A stretch of DNA of 64,000 bases from a virus (IMGVR_UViG_3300042883_001293); one strand, 5' to 3'. Positions 1-11,379 are shown, numbered from the stretch's first letter. Made by a program: numbers and translations. The notes: generated by a model not told the origin, from the letters alone.

Positions 1-2
1 AA

Positions 3-3000
3 ATTCCTGCTGCTCAAAAATTCCCATTAGCACCACAAGCTTTCTCCAAAGAACGTCCAGAATGGGAAATTGTTGGTGCATTTGGATCAGATCCAATTAT
101 CATATCTAGTCTATTTTCTGGAGACTCTGCAACACCAAGTCCTATTGTAACAGTAAATACTCTTACTGATCACGAATTAACTGCAGGAACTCCTATTAAG
201 ATTAGAGGAGCAAATGTTAAGGATTATAATATAACAACGACTGTACAAACTGTTATTGGACCAAAGAGTTTTACTTATCTTTTACCATTTGTAAGAAGCG
301 ATCTTAATGCAAATCCAAGTGGATCTGCGTCAGTTACTATTGAAACTGATACCGTAAAAGGTTCTTCACCATATATCTTTAATATTTCTTTACGTTCTGT
401 TTATGGTATGAACGGAATGCACGCCGATGGAAGCAAGGCGTCTGGATTCCGTTCCATGGTTGTCGCACAATTCACCGCAGTTTCCCTTCAAAAAGATGAC
501 AGGGCTTTTGTAAAGTATAATCCAATTACGAGAACTTATTCGGGAATTCCGGTTACAAAAACTCTTGGGACACTTCTCTCATCTGGATCTTCGTCTACAG
601 ATAATGATACCATTTATCACTTGGATGCTGATGCAATTTATAGAACAGGATGGGAAACTTCACACATTAAATGTTCTAATGATTCTGTCATTCAGGTAGT
701 TTCTGTTTTTGCAATTGGATTTAATAGACATTTTGTTGCAGAATCTGGTGGTGACCAATCTATTACCAACTCTAACTCAAACTTTGGACAAATTTCTTTA
801 TCTGCAAGTGGATTTAAAAAAGAAGCATTTAGTAAAGATGATTATGGTTATATTACTTCTATTATTACTCCAAGATCAGTTATATCTCCAGAGTCAAAAA
901 TTGATTGGATTCCAATTGATGTTGGATTAACAACTTCAGTTGGAATTTCAAGTCATTTATATCTTTTTGGATTTAATTCTCAAGATAATGTTCCACCAAA
1001 TCTTATACAAGGATATCGAGTAGGTGCAAGAAAAGAAGATAAATTATATCTTGAACTTCCTAATAGAGATATAAAATCCGCTAAAATTTTAATGACAGAT
1101 ACTACACTTGTATCTGGTGGTTCATCTACTGTGAGTGGAACTAACTCTGCAGTAAAAGAATACGTAGTTGGAAGTTTAACCTCTGCACCTAATTACGATA
1201 CCATTCAATTTACCACAACACATAAATTACAAAATGGCGAAAAAATAATTATTATTAGTGATACTGGAGACCTTCCAGAAAACATAACAGAAAATAAAAC
1301 ATATTACACAATTGTAGTAGATAATACTAGAATTAAATTAGCATCTTCATTTACTAACGCACAAAATAATGTTTCATTAAAAATGTATGGTGGATCTCAA
1401 CTGAAAATTCAAAGTAGAGTTTCTGATAGAGATGCTGGACAATTAGGATCTCCAATTCAATTCGACCCAAATCATAATAATTGGTTTGTATATGTTGAAA
1501 GAGATAATGATATATACAGTTCTATTGCTTCTCTTGGTGTTGTAGGGTTTGAAGAACCCAGAACAGGCGTATCTTACTTCAGCAGAATTGCAGATTCTCG
1601 TAGTTTAGATGAAAAAATTTATAAGGTTAGAATTGTAATTCCAAAAGAAGCACCTAATGGTAAAGATCCACAAGACGGATTTGTAATTCAAGAATCAAGT
1701 ACTACTGGAGCTATTACTGATTCTGATTTTTCATTGAGTTCAATTGATACTAGTAATTACAATTTCCAGAGAAATTATAGATTTATTAGTACATGCACAG
1801 AATCAAGTGGAACAGTAACTGTCATTACTGAACTTCCACATAATTTAACTCAAGGCGATAGAGTATTAATTAAAAATGTCAAGTCTTCTACTAATTTATC
1901 TGGAGTTGGAGTAACTGGTTTTAACGGTGATTTTATTGTTTCTAGTGTCCCAGATGCAAATACTTTTAGTTATTCTACAACCGATTATAATTCAATAATA
2001 CATAATGTTGGTATTTTTTCTGGTCCAACATCTAGAAGCACTACGTTACCTAGATTTGAAAGAAATGACTTACAATCTAATTTCTTTATTTACAGATCGG
2101 AAACTATTTCCCCATATATTTTCAATGTTCAAGACGGTATTTATCATGCTTATGTTCTAAAATCTGATAATGCAGTACCAGATCATTTTACAGATTACAA
2201 ATATAATCAAAATATCGTAGATCTTTATCCACAGCAAGATAGAGATAATTATGATGATAATCCACCATCTGCCGTAACTTTTGCAAAAAGATCTCCAATT
2301 GGAGATGTGGTAACCAATGATCTTAAGAAAAGTATTACAAGAGAAACTGTAGATTCTCTTGTCAAAAAACTTGGGGTTACTCCAATAATTCAAAGTGTAT
2401 CTCCTCTAATTGCAGGTGTAACAACAGTTACAACTACTCGTGAACATGGATTTAATGGCGTAGTTGGATTTGCTACATTAACAAGTGGAACTGGATATAA
2501 TAGTGGAACATATTATAATGTTAAACTTTTAAATTCGGACGATAGTTGGAATGGTGCAAGAGCAACAGTTGTTATTTCTGGAGTTGCAAATTCAATTACT
2601 TCTCTCAATGTAACTTCACCTGGATCTGGATATAATGATGGTGTTTCTTTGAAAGTAGATGGATTCAGTGGATCTACAATTGGAATTACAACCACGACAA
2701 TTTCATATTTAAATGATAATTCTTTACAGATAACAGGACTTGGAACTGCAACTGACGGACTGTATAGAGTTATTAGAGTTCCTTCAAAGAATCAAATTGC
2801 AATTGCAAGAACAACTGGAGATCCAGCAATTAATCCAAATCAATATGTATTTAATGTTGCACCAAGCACTCAAATAACAAGTGTTGTTTATAATTCTACT
2901 GTTGGAATTTCCACTATTACGTGTTTCTCTGCTCATGGATTAGTTGCTGGCAATAGGTTTAGAGTTTTAGATACTAATAATAATAATCTAGGAGATCATA

Positions 3001-6000
3001 TTGTAAATGATACTGTAGGTGTAACTACCTTTACAGTTTCTGGAAGTGTTAACACAAATTCTACCAGAATTCTAAAGCATGGATTATCTTCAAATAATTT
3101 AATTTCTGATGCTGGAAGTGAAAACTTAGCAGCAAGAGGAATTTCCTTCTACGATAATGAGTCTGCTATTCTTATAACAGACATAGCAACAGATACTACA
3201 TCAGGAATTGCAACTTTCCCAATTAGATTAGTCAATTCTGGTATTTCAACTGTAACTAGATTCCCAATTGGTAGTTTCATTCAAGTTGACAATGAAATTA
3301 TGAGGGTTTCAAAAAGTACCCTGACTGGTTCTGGAAACAATGAAATTACAGTTCTTCGTGGTTATTTGGGAACTCAAAAAGAAACTCACTTAGCAAATTC
3401 TTTAATTAAAAAGATTAAACCACTTGCAATTGAGTTACGCAGACCTTCAATTTTAAGAGCATCTGGTCATACTTTTGAATATCTTGGTTATGGTCCTGGA
3501 AACTATTCAACTGGTTTACCACAAATTCAAGTTAAGACCCTGACAGAAAGAGAAGATTTCTTATCACAATCTCAGGAAAGATCTTGTGGAAGTGTTGTTT
3601 ATACTGGAATGAACAGTGATGGAGACTTCTTCATTGGAAATACCAAATACTCTTCAGCTTCTGGTCAACAAACAACTTTTGATATTCCAATTCCAACTGT
3701 CACTGGACAAGATCCTTCAAGACTTAGTGTTGTATTTGACGAAGTTATTGTTAAGGAAAGAATTCTTGTAGAAGGTGGCAAATCAAAACAAATTCTTTCA
3801 CAATTTGACGGACCAACTACATTCAACAACAATGCAATCTTGAATGGTGAAACTAAAATTAATGGTGAAGTTATTCTATCTAATATTTTAAGACAGAATA
3901 ATAATACAGATTCTACTGCTGTAAATAATGGTTCAATTGTCTCAAAAGGTGGAGTTGGAATTTTAAGAAACTTAAATGTTGGTGGTAATGTAAGTATTTC
4001 TGGAACAGCAACATTTAATGGTCAAGTTCAATTTAACACAGGTCTTGTTCCAGATTCTATAGAAGATGCTTATGTTGGTTCTTCTACTAAACCATGGGCT
4101 TCTGGTTGGTTTGGTGGAATTGGAATTTCAACAGAGGGAACTCCTGGTGGAACAGAAATTGAAGATAGGAGAATTACTGGTTGGACTGGTGATTTAGTAT
4201 TGAATAGTATAGGTGCTGGAACTTCTGTCAGAATAGAAAATACAAGTTTTTATGCAGAAAATAATGCAATTATTGCAGGTATTTTAACTGTAGGAAGAAC
4301 TTCAATTACTATTGATGGATCTTCAAACACTATTGCTGTTGGAAAAACTGCTTCTATAACTTTATCACCAGCAGGATCTCTTGTATTATCTTCAATTAAT
4401 GGTGCTCCTCATGAATTTGATAATGTTAAGATAACCAACACCCTTGAAACTGTAGGAATAGCAACATTCAGAAGTTCTGTTGTTGTTGATAGTCAATTAA
4501 CCGCAAAATCTAATTTAAATGTAACTGGTGTAACTACGTCTTCCACTGGATTCTTCCCATTAACAGATTCTGGTGCTCCTCTTGGATCATTACCACTATC
4601 ATTCTCAGAAGCATTTGTTGATAATCTAAAACTTGATGGAAATACATTAAGCTCTACAAACACAAATGGAAATATTACGTTCAGTGCAAATGGAACTGGT
4701 GTTGTAGAAACTGTTAATGACGTAAACTTTGGAACCTCAGGTGATAATTCAACTTTAACTGTTGTTGGACAACTAAATGCAGACAATTTAAGATTAGATA
4801 CAAATAGCATTACTTCAACAGATTCAAATGGAAATATTATTCTTGACGCAAATGGAACTGGTATTATTGATATTAATTCTCCAATTGACGTTGAAGGTCA
4901 TGCTAACTTCCAGAGTACTTCTAATTTTGTAGGTGAAGTTACAGTAGAAACTGGAATTATTCCAGATACTGCAGGAGACGCAGCTTATCTTGGATCAAAC
5001 GCACGACCATTCTCTTCTGCATTCATTGGAAACATTCGAATAGCAGAGGGAACAGCGGTTGGAGATGACAATACAATTACAACTTCCAGTGGTGATTTAA
5101 ACATTGATGCCTTTAGTAATAATATCAATATTAAAGGAAATCTAAATGTTGATAATGTTGCTACTTTTAATGATAATGTTATTATTCAAGGATCTGCTAA
5201 AACATTTAGTGTAAAAGATAGTTCATCATCTAGTAAATTTAGTATTGCTTCTGATACTGGAAATACAATAATTGAAGGAACTTTAACTCTTAATGGTGGT
5301 CTCACACTTAATGGAAAACTTGGTATAACAAATACTACAGATTCTAGTAGCTCTACAGATACTAACGCTTCATTCTATACTTCTGGTGGCGGTTCAATTG
5401 CTAAAAAACTTTTTGTCGGTGGAACTTTAGCAGCAGCAGATAGAATAACAGCAAGCAATGGTTTGACAGTAACTACTGGTGGTTTAACTGTATCTGCTGG
5501 TGGGATTGATGCCGCTGGTCAAACAGTTACGGCAACTACATTTACTGGCAATGCTGCGTCTGCCACTATAGCTACAAATGTTTCAGGCGGCAGTGGTAGA
5601 ATATTATATAATAGCGGAACTGACTCAACAACAACTTCTGGTAATTTAACTTTTGATGGAACAAACTTAACAGTTGGTGGAGAAATTAGATCAACAAGTG
5701 ATATTGTTGCATACTACAGCTCAGATGAAAGATTAAAAACAAATATTTCATTAATTGAAAATGCACTAACAAAAGTTTCTGAGATTTCTGGTGTAACTTA
5801 TAATTGGAATGATTTAGCAATAGGCAAAGATCAAAATATTCGTGAAGCAGGTGTTATTGCACAAGAAATTGAGAAAGTTTTACCAGAAGTTGTAACTGAA
5901 AGAGATAATGGTTTCCTTGCGGTTAAATATGAAAAACTTGTTCCCCTGTTAATTGAGGCAATCAAAGAACTGAACATTAAGGTTCAAGATATTGAACAAA

Positions 6001-6017
6001 AATTAACAGATAAATAA
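3..6017 (+). CDS. Large virion structural/tail-fibre protein with C-terminal intramolecular chaperone (peptidase S74-like) domain; 5' end outside window
   Basis: Frame of ORF 408..6017 is stop-free back to base 3; G/T/S-rich beta repeats; C-terminal SDERLKTNI...AGVIAQEIEKVLPEVV...VKYEKLVPLLIEAIKEL chaperone signature. Confidence 0.8.
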   Translation: MPAAQKFPLAPQAFSKERPEWEIVGAFGSDPIIISSLFSGDSATPSPIVTVNTLTDHELTAGTPIKIRGANVKDYNITTTVQTVIGPKSFTYLLPFVRSDLNANPSGSASVTIETDTVKGSSPYIFNISLRSVYGMNGMHADGSKASGFRSMVVAQFTAVSLQKDDRAFVKYNPITRTYSGIPVTKTLGTLLSSGSSSTDNDTIYHLDADAIYRTGWETSHIKCSNDSVIQVVSVFAIGFNRHFVAESGGDQSITNSNSNFGQISLSASGFKKEAFSKDDYGYITSIITPRSVISPESKIDWIPIDVGLTTSVGISSHLYLFGFNSQDNVPPNLIQGYRVGARKEDKLYLELPNRDIKSAKILMTDTTLVSGGSSTVSGTNSAVKEYVVGSLTSAPNYDTIQFTTTHKLQNGEKIIIISDTGDLPENITENKTYYTIVVDNTRIKLASSFTNAQNNVSLKMYGGSQLKIQSRVSDRDAGQLGSPIQFDPNHNNWFVYVERDNDIYSSIASLGVVGFEEPRTGVSYFSRIADSRSLDEKIYKVRIVIPKEAPNGKDPQDGFVIQESSTTGAITDSDFSLSSIDTSNYNFQRNYRFISTCTESSGTVTVITELPHNLTQGDRVLIKNVKSSTNLSGVGVTGFNGDFIVSSVPDANTFSYSTTDYNSIIHNVGIFSGPTSRSTTLPRFERNDLQSNFFIYRSETISPYIFNVQDGIYHAYVLKSDNAVPDHFTDYKYNQNIVDLYPQQDRDNYDDNPPSAVTFAKRSPIGDVVTNDLKKSITRETVDSLVKKLGVTPIIQSVSPLIAGVTTVTTTREHGFNGVVGFATLTSGTGYNSGTYYNVKLLNSDDSWNGARATVVISGVANSITSLNVTSPGSGYNDGVSLKVDGFSGSTIGITTTTISYLNDNSLQITGLGTATDGLYRVIRVPSKNQIAIARTTGDPAINPNQYVFNVAPSTQITSVVYNSTVGISTITCFSAHGLVAGNRFRVLDTNNNNLGDHIVNDTVGVTTFTVSGSVNTNSTRILKHGLSSNNLISDAGSENLAARGISFYDNESAILITDIATDTTSGIATFPIRLVNSGISTVTRFPIGSFIQVDNEIMRVSKSTLTGSGNNEITVLRGYLGTQKETHLANSLIKKIKPLAIELRRPSILRASGHTFEYLGYGPGNYSTGLPQIQVKTLTEREDFLSQSQERSCGSVVYTGMNSDGDFFIGNTKYSSASGQQTTFDIPIPTVTGQDPSRLSVVFDEVIVKERILVEGGKSKQILSQFDGPTTFNNNAILNGETKINGEVILSNILRQNNNTDSTAVNNGSIVSKGGVGILRNLNVGGNVSISGTATFNGQVQFNTGLVPDSIEDAYVGSSTKPWASGWFGGIGISTEGTPGGTEIEDRRITGWTGDLVLNSIGAGTSVRIENTSFYAENNAIIAGILTVGRTSITIDGSSNTIAVGKTASITLSPAGSLVLSSINGAPHEFDNVKITNTLETVGIATFRSSVVVDSQLTAKSNLNVTGVTTSSTGFFPLTDSGAPLGSLPLSFSEAFVDNLKLDGNTLSSTNTNGNITFSANGTGVVETVNDVNFGTSGDNSTLTVVGQLNADNLRLDTNSITSTDSNGNIILDANGTGIIDINSPIDVEGHANFQSTSNFVGEVTVETGIIPDTAGDAAYLGSNARPFSSAFIGNIRIAEGTAVGDDNTITTSSGDLNIDAFSNNINIKGNLNVDNVATFNDNVIIQGSAKTFSVKDSSSSSKFSIASDTGNTIIEGTLTLNGGLTLNGKLGITNTTDSSSSTDTNASFYTSGGGSIAKKLFVGGTLAAADRITASNGLTVTTGGLTVSAGGIDAAGQTVTATTFTGNAASATIATNVSGGSGRILYNSGTDSTTTSGNLTFDGTNLTVGGEIRSTSDIVAYYSSDERLKTNISLIENALTKVSEISGVTYNWNDLAIGKDQNIREAGVIAQEIEKVLPEVVTERDNGFLAVKYEKLVPLLIEAIKELNIKVQDIEQKLTDK
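6010..6016 (+). promoter_or_regulatory. T4-type late promoter (ATAAATA)
   Basis: ATAAATA 18 bp before a structural gene start. Confidence 0.6.
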
Positions 6018-6033
6018 TTAAAAACTATAGGAA

Positions 6034-9000
6034 ATGGCAAATTATAATAAGTCATTTAATTTTAGGAATGGTGTACAAGTTGATGAAGATAATTTTTTAG
6101 TTGCTTCCACTGGATTGGTTGGAATTGGAACAACAATTCCAAGATATGATTTAGATGTTTATGGAAATACAAATGTAGTAGGACTTATTACAAGTAAAAA
6201 TTTAGTTGTTTCTGGAATAGCATCATTCACAGAAGTAATCATTGGAACTGGTATCACTATTTACGGTAATACTGGTATTATTAGTGCCACTTTTTATGGC
6301 GATGGATCAAATTTATTTGGTGTCCCAACTTCACAATGGGTTGACGTTGACGTTGGACTTGGATTTACTAGCATATACGCTGCAGGAAATGTTGGTATTG
6401 CTACAACAAATCCTTCAAGGATTAATTCACTTCAAATTGGAGGGAGACCAGAATTAGGACAGTCTGGTGTTGGAATTAATTCAATTGGAAATATTAGAGC
6501 TTCTGGAATTATCACATCATCTTATTTTGATGGTGATGGATCTTCCTTAACAAACTTAAATGCAAGTAATATTTCTTCTGGAACCATAAGTAATTCTAGA
6601 TTACCATCTAATATATTAGTTGGATTTGTATCAGCGACTAACTTTTTAAGTGGTGTTTCAACAATTGGATTTTTAACAGCAACCAATGCTTATTTGGGAG
6701 TTGCAACTGTAGGATTTTCTACAATTTCAAATCTTTACTCCGGAATTGGCACAATAGTTAACTTTAGTTCTACTTTGGTTTCTATTGGTGAAACTATAAC
6801 TTCCAAAAAATCAGTAACCACTACTGGAATAGTAACAAATTTAACTGTAGTTTCTGGAATTGTTACCTCATTAACTTCCACATTTTCAAACAGTGGTGTT
6901 GGAACTGTTGGAATTTTTACAGCAACTCACGCAAACATAGGAGTTGCTACAATCAGTACTTTGTATATTCAGTCGGGAATTACAAGTTCTTTAACATCCG
7001 AGTATGCCAACATTGGAATTGCAACTGTAGGATTTTCAACGGCGACCTATTCAAATATTGGAATATCAACTGCTTCTAAAATCAATGTTAGTAATGTTCA
7101 AATCGCAGTTTCTGGGAATACGGAAATTGACACTGTAAGTGGAGAATTAGTTTTAGATTCAAATTCTGGAACAGTAAGAATTGATGATAGATTAATTGTC
7201 ACTGGCATAAGCACACTTCAAGGATCAGTAACTGTTGAAACTGGAATTGTTCCAGATGTTAAAAATGGTGCTTATCTTGGGTCTTCAGCACTACCATTTT
7301 CCGATGCTTATATTTCAAGTATTAGAATTGGATATGCTGGTGTTACTGAAATTGATACAACTAATGGTAATCTTATATTAAGTTCTCAAGAAGGATTTGT
7401 AAACGTAAGCGATAATTTTTATGTAAGTGGAATTTCTACATTAACTGGAGAGGTAACTTTAAATACTGGAATTGTTCCAGATGTAGATTTTGATTCTTAT
7501 ATTGGATCTAATACAAAGTCATTCACAAATGCATATATTGGTGATATAAGAATTGGAACAGCATCTAGTAATACAATTACAACTAGATCAAAAGAATTAA
7601 TTTTAGACTCTAATTCTGGAAATACTAAGGTTAATGATAATTTAACAGTAACTGGATTTACTTCTATAACAGGAGGTGCATTAAATGTTTCAAGTGGAAA
7701 CATTTATTCTAGTGGAATTATAAGTGCATTTAGTGGATTTTTACCATTTGATAATCAAACTTCTCCGCTTGGATCTTCTACTAAAAAGTTTAGTGAAGTT
7801 TATGTTGATAACATTAATATAGGAGTTGGATCTGATAACAAAATAGCATCAAGTAGTGGAGATATTCAATTATCACCTTCAAGTGGAGTTGTTGATCTTG
7901 TAGGACAACTAAAAGTTTCAAATGGAGCAATAATATCAGGAGTAACGACAGTTAATTCTTCATTAGTTCCAAATGTTGATATAACTTCTAACTTGGGGAG
8001 TTTAACAAAAGCATTCTCACAGTCATACTTAAATGGCATAACTGTTGGTGTTGCTGGAACGACTACAATTAGTACTCGTGGTGGTAATCTAGTATTAGAT
8101 TCTAACACAGATCAAGTTATTGTCAATAACAATTTACAAGTGATTGAAGAATTAACAGTAAATGGTTCATTTGTTGTTGAAACTCAAGGTGGATCAAACA
8201 TAATCAATATTAATGCAACAGATTCTGTAATTGGAATAGGAACAACAAATCCTTATGTTCTTTCACCAAATAGTAATTTATTAATTTATGATACTGTTAC
8301 ATCTCAACTTGATTTATATTCAACTTCAAGTACTGGAGAATCTGCCATACAATTTATTACTAATGGTGGAGTAGAAGGTAGATTAGGATTTAGTACTTCG
8401 GGTGATTTTACATTAAAAAGTAATGATCCTAGAGGAAATATTAGTTTTATATTAAATAATTCTGCTTTTTCCGGAATTAGTAGTGGCAATTTTTATTGGG
8501 AAAATGAGTATTATGGCAATAATTTAGCTACACTTACTTGGGATGGAAAATTTGGCGTTAATAATGATGAACCACAGTTTACATTAGACGTTGTTGGAAC
8601 TTCTTCAATTACTGACAATTCCTATTTTGGTAATAACGTTACAATATCTGGAAATCTTATTGTTAATGGAACGGCAACATTTTCTTCGGGAATTACTTTA
8701 ACAAATGATAGTTTACCAAATATAATTACTAAAAACATTAATGTAACAAGTGGTGTTTCTACTTTTAATACAATTCATTCAAATATCATTGGAATTGGAA
8801 CAACTACAACTGGATTATTATTAAATTTAATAGATATAGATGCTAAAAATTCAAAAGCTTTATTCCAATCAATTGGTATAGGAACAACAGGTATAACAGA
8901 AAATACTTACAGTGATGTTGGATTATTAATATCAGGTAAAATGATTGTTGATTCTAGTTCATATATTGGAATTGGAACAACCACAAAATTCTATCCTGGC

Positions 9001-9318
9001 GGAGATCCTGAATTTATTACTCCATCTGGATTAGAAGGTGATATTCAAATCTTTGATCATGGTGTAGATTTATATAATACTTATGTAAATATATACAAAC
9101 AATCTTCAGTAGGATTTAATACAGATCTTCCGAGAGGTGTATTAGATTTTGGATATGCCGATGATACTGCTAATTTTTATCCAGTTGTAATTCTACCAAA
9201 TATAAATGATACTGCAAGAAATGGTATTGGAGATACAGCAACTGGAGCAGTAATTTTTAACACTAGTTCAAATACATTCCAAGGATGGACTGGTAGTGCT
9301 TGGGTAAACTTTCACTAA
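6034..9318 (+). CDS. Tail fibre / virion structural protein
   Basis: 1094 aa, GIGT/GIATV repeats, N-terminus MANYNKSFNFRNGVQVD typical of cyanomyophage fibre proteins; lies between structural genes. Confidence 0.7.
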   Translation: MANYNKSFNFRNGVQVDEDNFLVASTGLVGIGTTIPRYDLDVYGNTNVVGLITSKNLVVSGIASFTEVIIGTGITIYGNTGIISATFYGDGSNLFGVPTSQWVDVDVGLGFTSIYAAGNVGIATTNPSRINSLQIGGRPELGQSGVGINSIGNIRASGIITSSYFDGDGSSLTNLNASNISSGTISNSRLPSNILVGFVSATNFLSGVSTIGFLTATNAYLGVATVGFSTISNLYSGIGTIVNFSSTLVSIGETITSKKSVTTTGIVTNLTVVSGIVTSLTSTFSNSGVGTVGIFTATHANIGVATISTLYIQSGITSSLTSEYANIGIATVGFSTATYSNIGISTASKINVSNVQIAVSGNTEIDTVSGELVLDSNSGTVRIDDRLIVTGISTLQGSVTVETGIVPDVKNGAYLGSSALPFSDAYISSIRIGYAGVTEIDTTNGNLILSSQEGFVNVSDNFYVSGISTLTGEVTLNTGIVPDVDFDSYIGSNTKSFTNAYIGDIRIGTASSNTITTRSKELILDSNSGNTKVNDNLTVTGFTSITGGALNVSSGNIYSSGIISAFSGFLPFDNQTSPLGSSTKKFSEVYVDNINIGVGSDNKIASSSGDIQLSPSSGVVDLVGQLKVSNGAIISGVTTVNSSLVPNVDITSNLGSLTKAFSQSYLNGITVGVAGTTTISTRGGNLVLDSNTDQVIVNNNLQVIEELTVNGSFVVETQGGSNIININATDSVIGIGTTNPYVLSPNSNLLIYDTVTSQLDLYSTSSTGESAIQFITNGGVEGRLGFSTSGDFTLKSNDPRGNISFILNNSAFSGISSGNFYWENEYYGNNLATLTWDGKFGVNNDEPQFTLDVVGTSSITDNSYFGNNVTISGNLIVNGTATFSSGITLTNDSLPNIITKNINVTSGVSTFNTIHSNIIGIGTTTTGLLLNLIDIDAKNSKALFQSIGIGTTGITENTYSDVGLLISGKMIVDSSSYIGIGTTTKFYPGGDPEFITPSGLEGDIQIFDHGVDLYNTYVNIYKQSSVGFNTDLPRGVLDFGYADDTANFYPVVILPNINDTARNGIGDTATGAVIFNTSSNTFQGWTGSAWVNFH

Positions 9319-9328
9319 TTAATCCATT

Positions 9329-10990
9329 ATGGCACATCAAACTGCTCTAGCACCTCTCTTCACGTCTGGTGAAATTAAATTTAGTAAAATTAGAGATAGT
9401 TTTGGATTTTCAAGTGGAGAATTAAGAGCTTCTAATTTTATTAGAGATACTGACGTTAATAATACAAATCCAAAAATACCAGATGCTACTGAAAATTCAA
9501 ATATTCCAACTAGTTCTACATCTCAATGGAAAGCATCCTATTTTAGGAATACTCTTAAAAATTATGAAGTTATTCAATATGACACTGATACAAATCTTTC
9601 ACTTTCTAGCGTTGGTTCTTGGAATTCAAATCTAGGTAAAAATATTCAAAAAATTTATAATATAGGTGGAAGAATTAATGGAACAACTTCTAATGGATAT
9701 GCATTAACTCTAGATGGAACTACTTATAATCTAACAGTTGAAGTCAGGGGTTATGTTCTTGGATATGGTGGTGCTGGAGGTGTTAGAGGAGCTTCTGGAG
9801 TCACAGAAACTGTTAGTTCTAATGTAAGTGCTAATATTAACATATTTGATAATGACAGAGACAATGAAATTGTAAATTTACAGACAAGTGGAACTGGTAC
9901 TGCAACAGTGCAGATGTATGCAGGAATGAGAGATTATAGCAACGGTGATAAAAGACCATGGAGATATATTTATTTTGGAGATGATAATGGTGTTCAATCA
10001 GTTTATGTAGATCCTGGACCATCAGGTTCATCTTCAAATAGAGAACAAGATTTTTATATTAATCTTGCAGTGACGGCAAACCGATCATATAGTATTAATG
10101 TTACAAATTTACAAAAAGCACTTTCTTGGTTTACAGACTATGGAAAAAGTAGTACTGCTATTCCAGATGGAACAGTTGTTAGTGGATTTTCTATGAGAGA
10201 TGCTGATAATAATATTTGTAGAGGTCAGGTTAAAATAAATGGTATAACTCAAGGGTCCTATTCAAGAGAACGCCTAGGAACAAATGGTGAAGATGGTGGT
10301 CATGCTATAAGTGTTCTTTCTTCTGGATCCAAAATTAAAATAGTTGAACTATCTGGAGGGAATAGAATTCGTGGTGGTGGAGGTGGTGGAGGTGCTGGAA
10401 AAGATGGAGTTGCTGGTACTGGTGGTCTCTGCGATACATATGATGAAGCTGTAAATAATAGAACTTCTACTACACGTTGTAGAGCAAGTAATATGGATTC
10501 TGCTAGAGCAAAAGAAATTTGTAGTGGATTAGGATATTCGTCATCTAGTAGAGATAATAGTAGTAAATGTTGTGAAAGAGACCCAGAGTATATAACAGTT
10601 TGTCTTAGACGGAACGCAAAAGGAGTATGTAAACAACCAGAGATAAGACCAGGACCATGTATAAAATGGATTACATACGTATATTGTTGGAATAACTATA
10701 CAAGTAGTGGTGGTGCAGCAGGATTAGGTGGTAATGGTGGGCATGGCAGGGGATCCAATTGGAATCAACTTGATGGATCAACAGATAAACCTATTACAGC
10801 ACCAGATTATGGTGCTATGGCTGGACCAACAAGAGGTGGTGCTGGTGGTGGTTGCGGAGCAACAAGTGGAACTGATGGTGTTAAAGGTGGTGATGGTGGT
10901 CCTTGGAATACAGCAGGACAAAGTGTTTCAGGTGCAGGGTCAGGTGGTACAGCAGGAATCAAAATATCCGGAACCAACTGGACTTATTGA
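9329..10990 (+). CDS. Glycine-rich tail-tip adhesin-like protein (gp38-like motifs) with Cys-rich insert
   Basis: GYGGAGG, RIRGGGGGGGAG, GGNGGHG, GGDGG motifs; follows fibre genes. Confidence 0.55.
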   Translation: MAHQTALAPLFTSGEIKFSKIRDSFGFSSGELRASNFIRDTDVNNTNPKIPDATENSNIPTSSTSQWKASYFRNTLKNYEVIQYDTDTNLSLSSVGSWNSNLGKNIQKIYNIGGRINGTTSNGYALTLDGTTYNLTVEVRGYVLGYGGAGGVRGASGVTETVSSNVSANINIFDNDRDNEIVNLQTSGTGTATVQMYAGMRDYSNGDKRPWRYIYFGDDNGVQSVYVDPGPSGSSSNREQDFYINLAVTANRSYSINVTNLQKALSWFTDYGKSSTAIPDGTVVSGFSMRDADNNICRGQVKINGITQGSYSRERLGTNGEDGGHAISVLSSGSKIKIVELSGGNRIRGGGGGGGAGKDGVAGTGGLCDTYDEAVNNRTSTTRCRASNMDSARAKEICSGLGYSSSSRDNSSKCCERDPEYITVCLRRNAKGVCKQPEIRPGPCIKWITYVYCWNNYTSSGGAAGLGGNGGHGRGSNWNQLDGSTDKPITAPDYGAMAGPTRGGAGGGCGATSGTDGVKGGDGGPWNTAGQSVSGAGSGGTAGIKISGTNWTY

Positions 10991-10992
10991 AA

Positions 10993-10999
10993 ATAAATA
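10993..10999 (+). promoter_or_regulatory. Late promoter (ATAAATA)
   Basis: Immediately after stop of 9329..10990, upstream of 11022. Confidence 0.55.
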
Positions 11000-11021
11000 A
11001 ATTTGAATTATATTTAATAAT

Positions 11022-11339
11022 ATGAATGAAGAAAATTTTTCCAATTTAACCTGGGAATTGCTTAAATATTTTGCATTTAATTATGATGAAATGCTTGATT
11101 GCTCTCAAGAAGTTTATAAAAGTAGAATAAGTATTTGCAAATCTTGTGATCAATTTGATGACATTGAAAAAGTTTGTATGGCCTGTGGTTGTAAATTAGG
11201 ATCTAAAGCAAGAGCAATTATTGAGTCTTGCCCATTATCAAAATGGGATGTTGATAAATCTGATTGGTCAGAAAGAATGAAAAAAGTAGAAGAAATTAAT
11301 ATTCAACTAAGTCTTGACAATAATAAGGAATCTGAGTAG
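11022..11339 (+). CDS. Small Cys-rich protein (DUF6171-like)
   Basis: CxxC...CxxCGC...CPLSKW pattern; paralog at 46463. Confidence 0.6.
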   Translation: MNEENFSNLTWELLKYFAFNYDEMLDCSQEVYKSRISICKSCDQFDDIEKVCMACGCKLGSKARAIIESCPLSKWDVDKSDWSERMKKVEEINIQLSLDNNKESE

Positions 11340-11342
11340 ACT
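11314..11342 (+). promoter_or_regulatory. sigma70-type promoter
   Basis: TTGACA-17-TAGACT. Confidence 0.65.
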
Positions 11343-11379
11343 ACCTTTGTCCTGGTTGAAGATAAGGATCTAAGTTCTT

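Noticed and set aside
3-10990. Diversity-generating retroelement acting on fibre genes
   Set aside because: No reverse transcriptase and no TR/VR pair seen in the window
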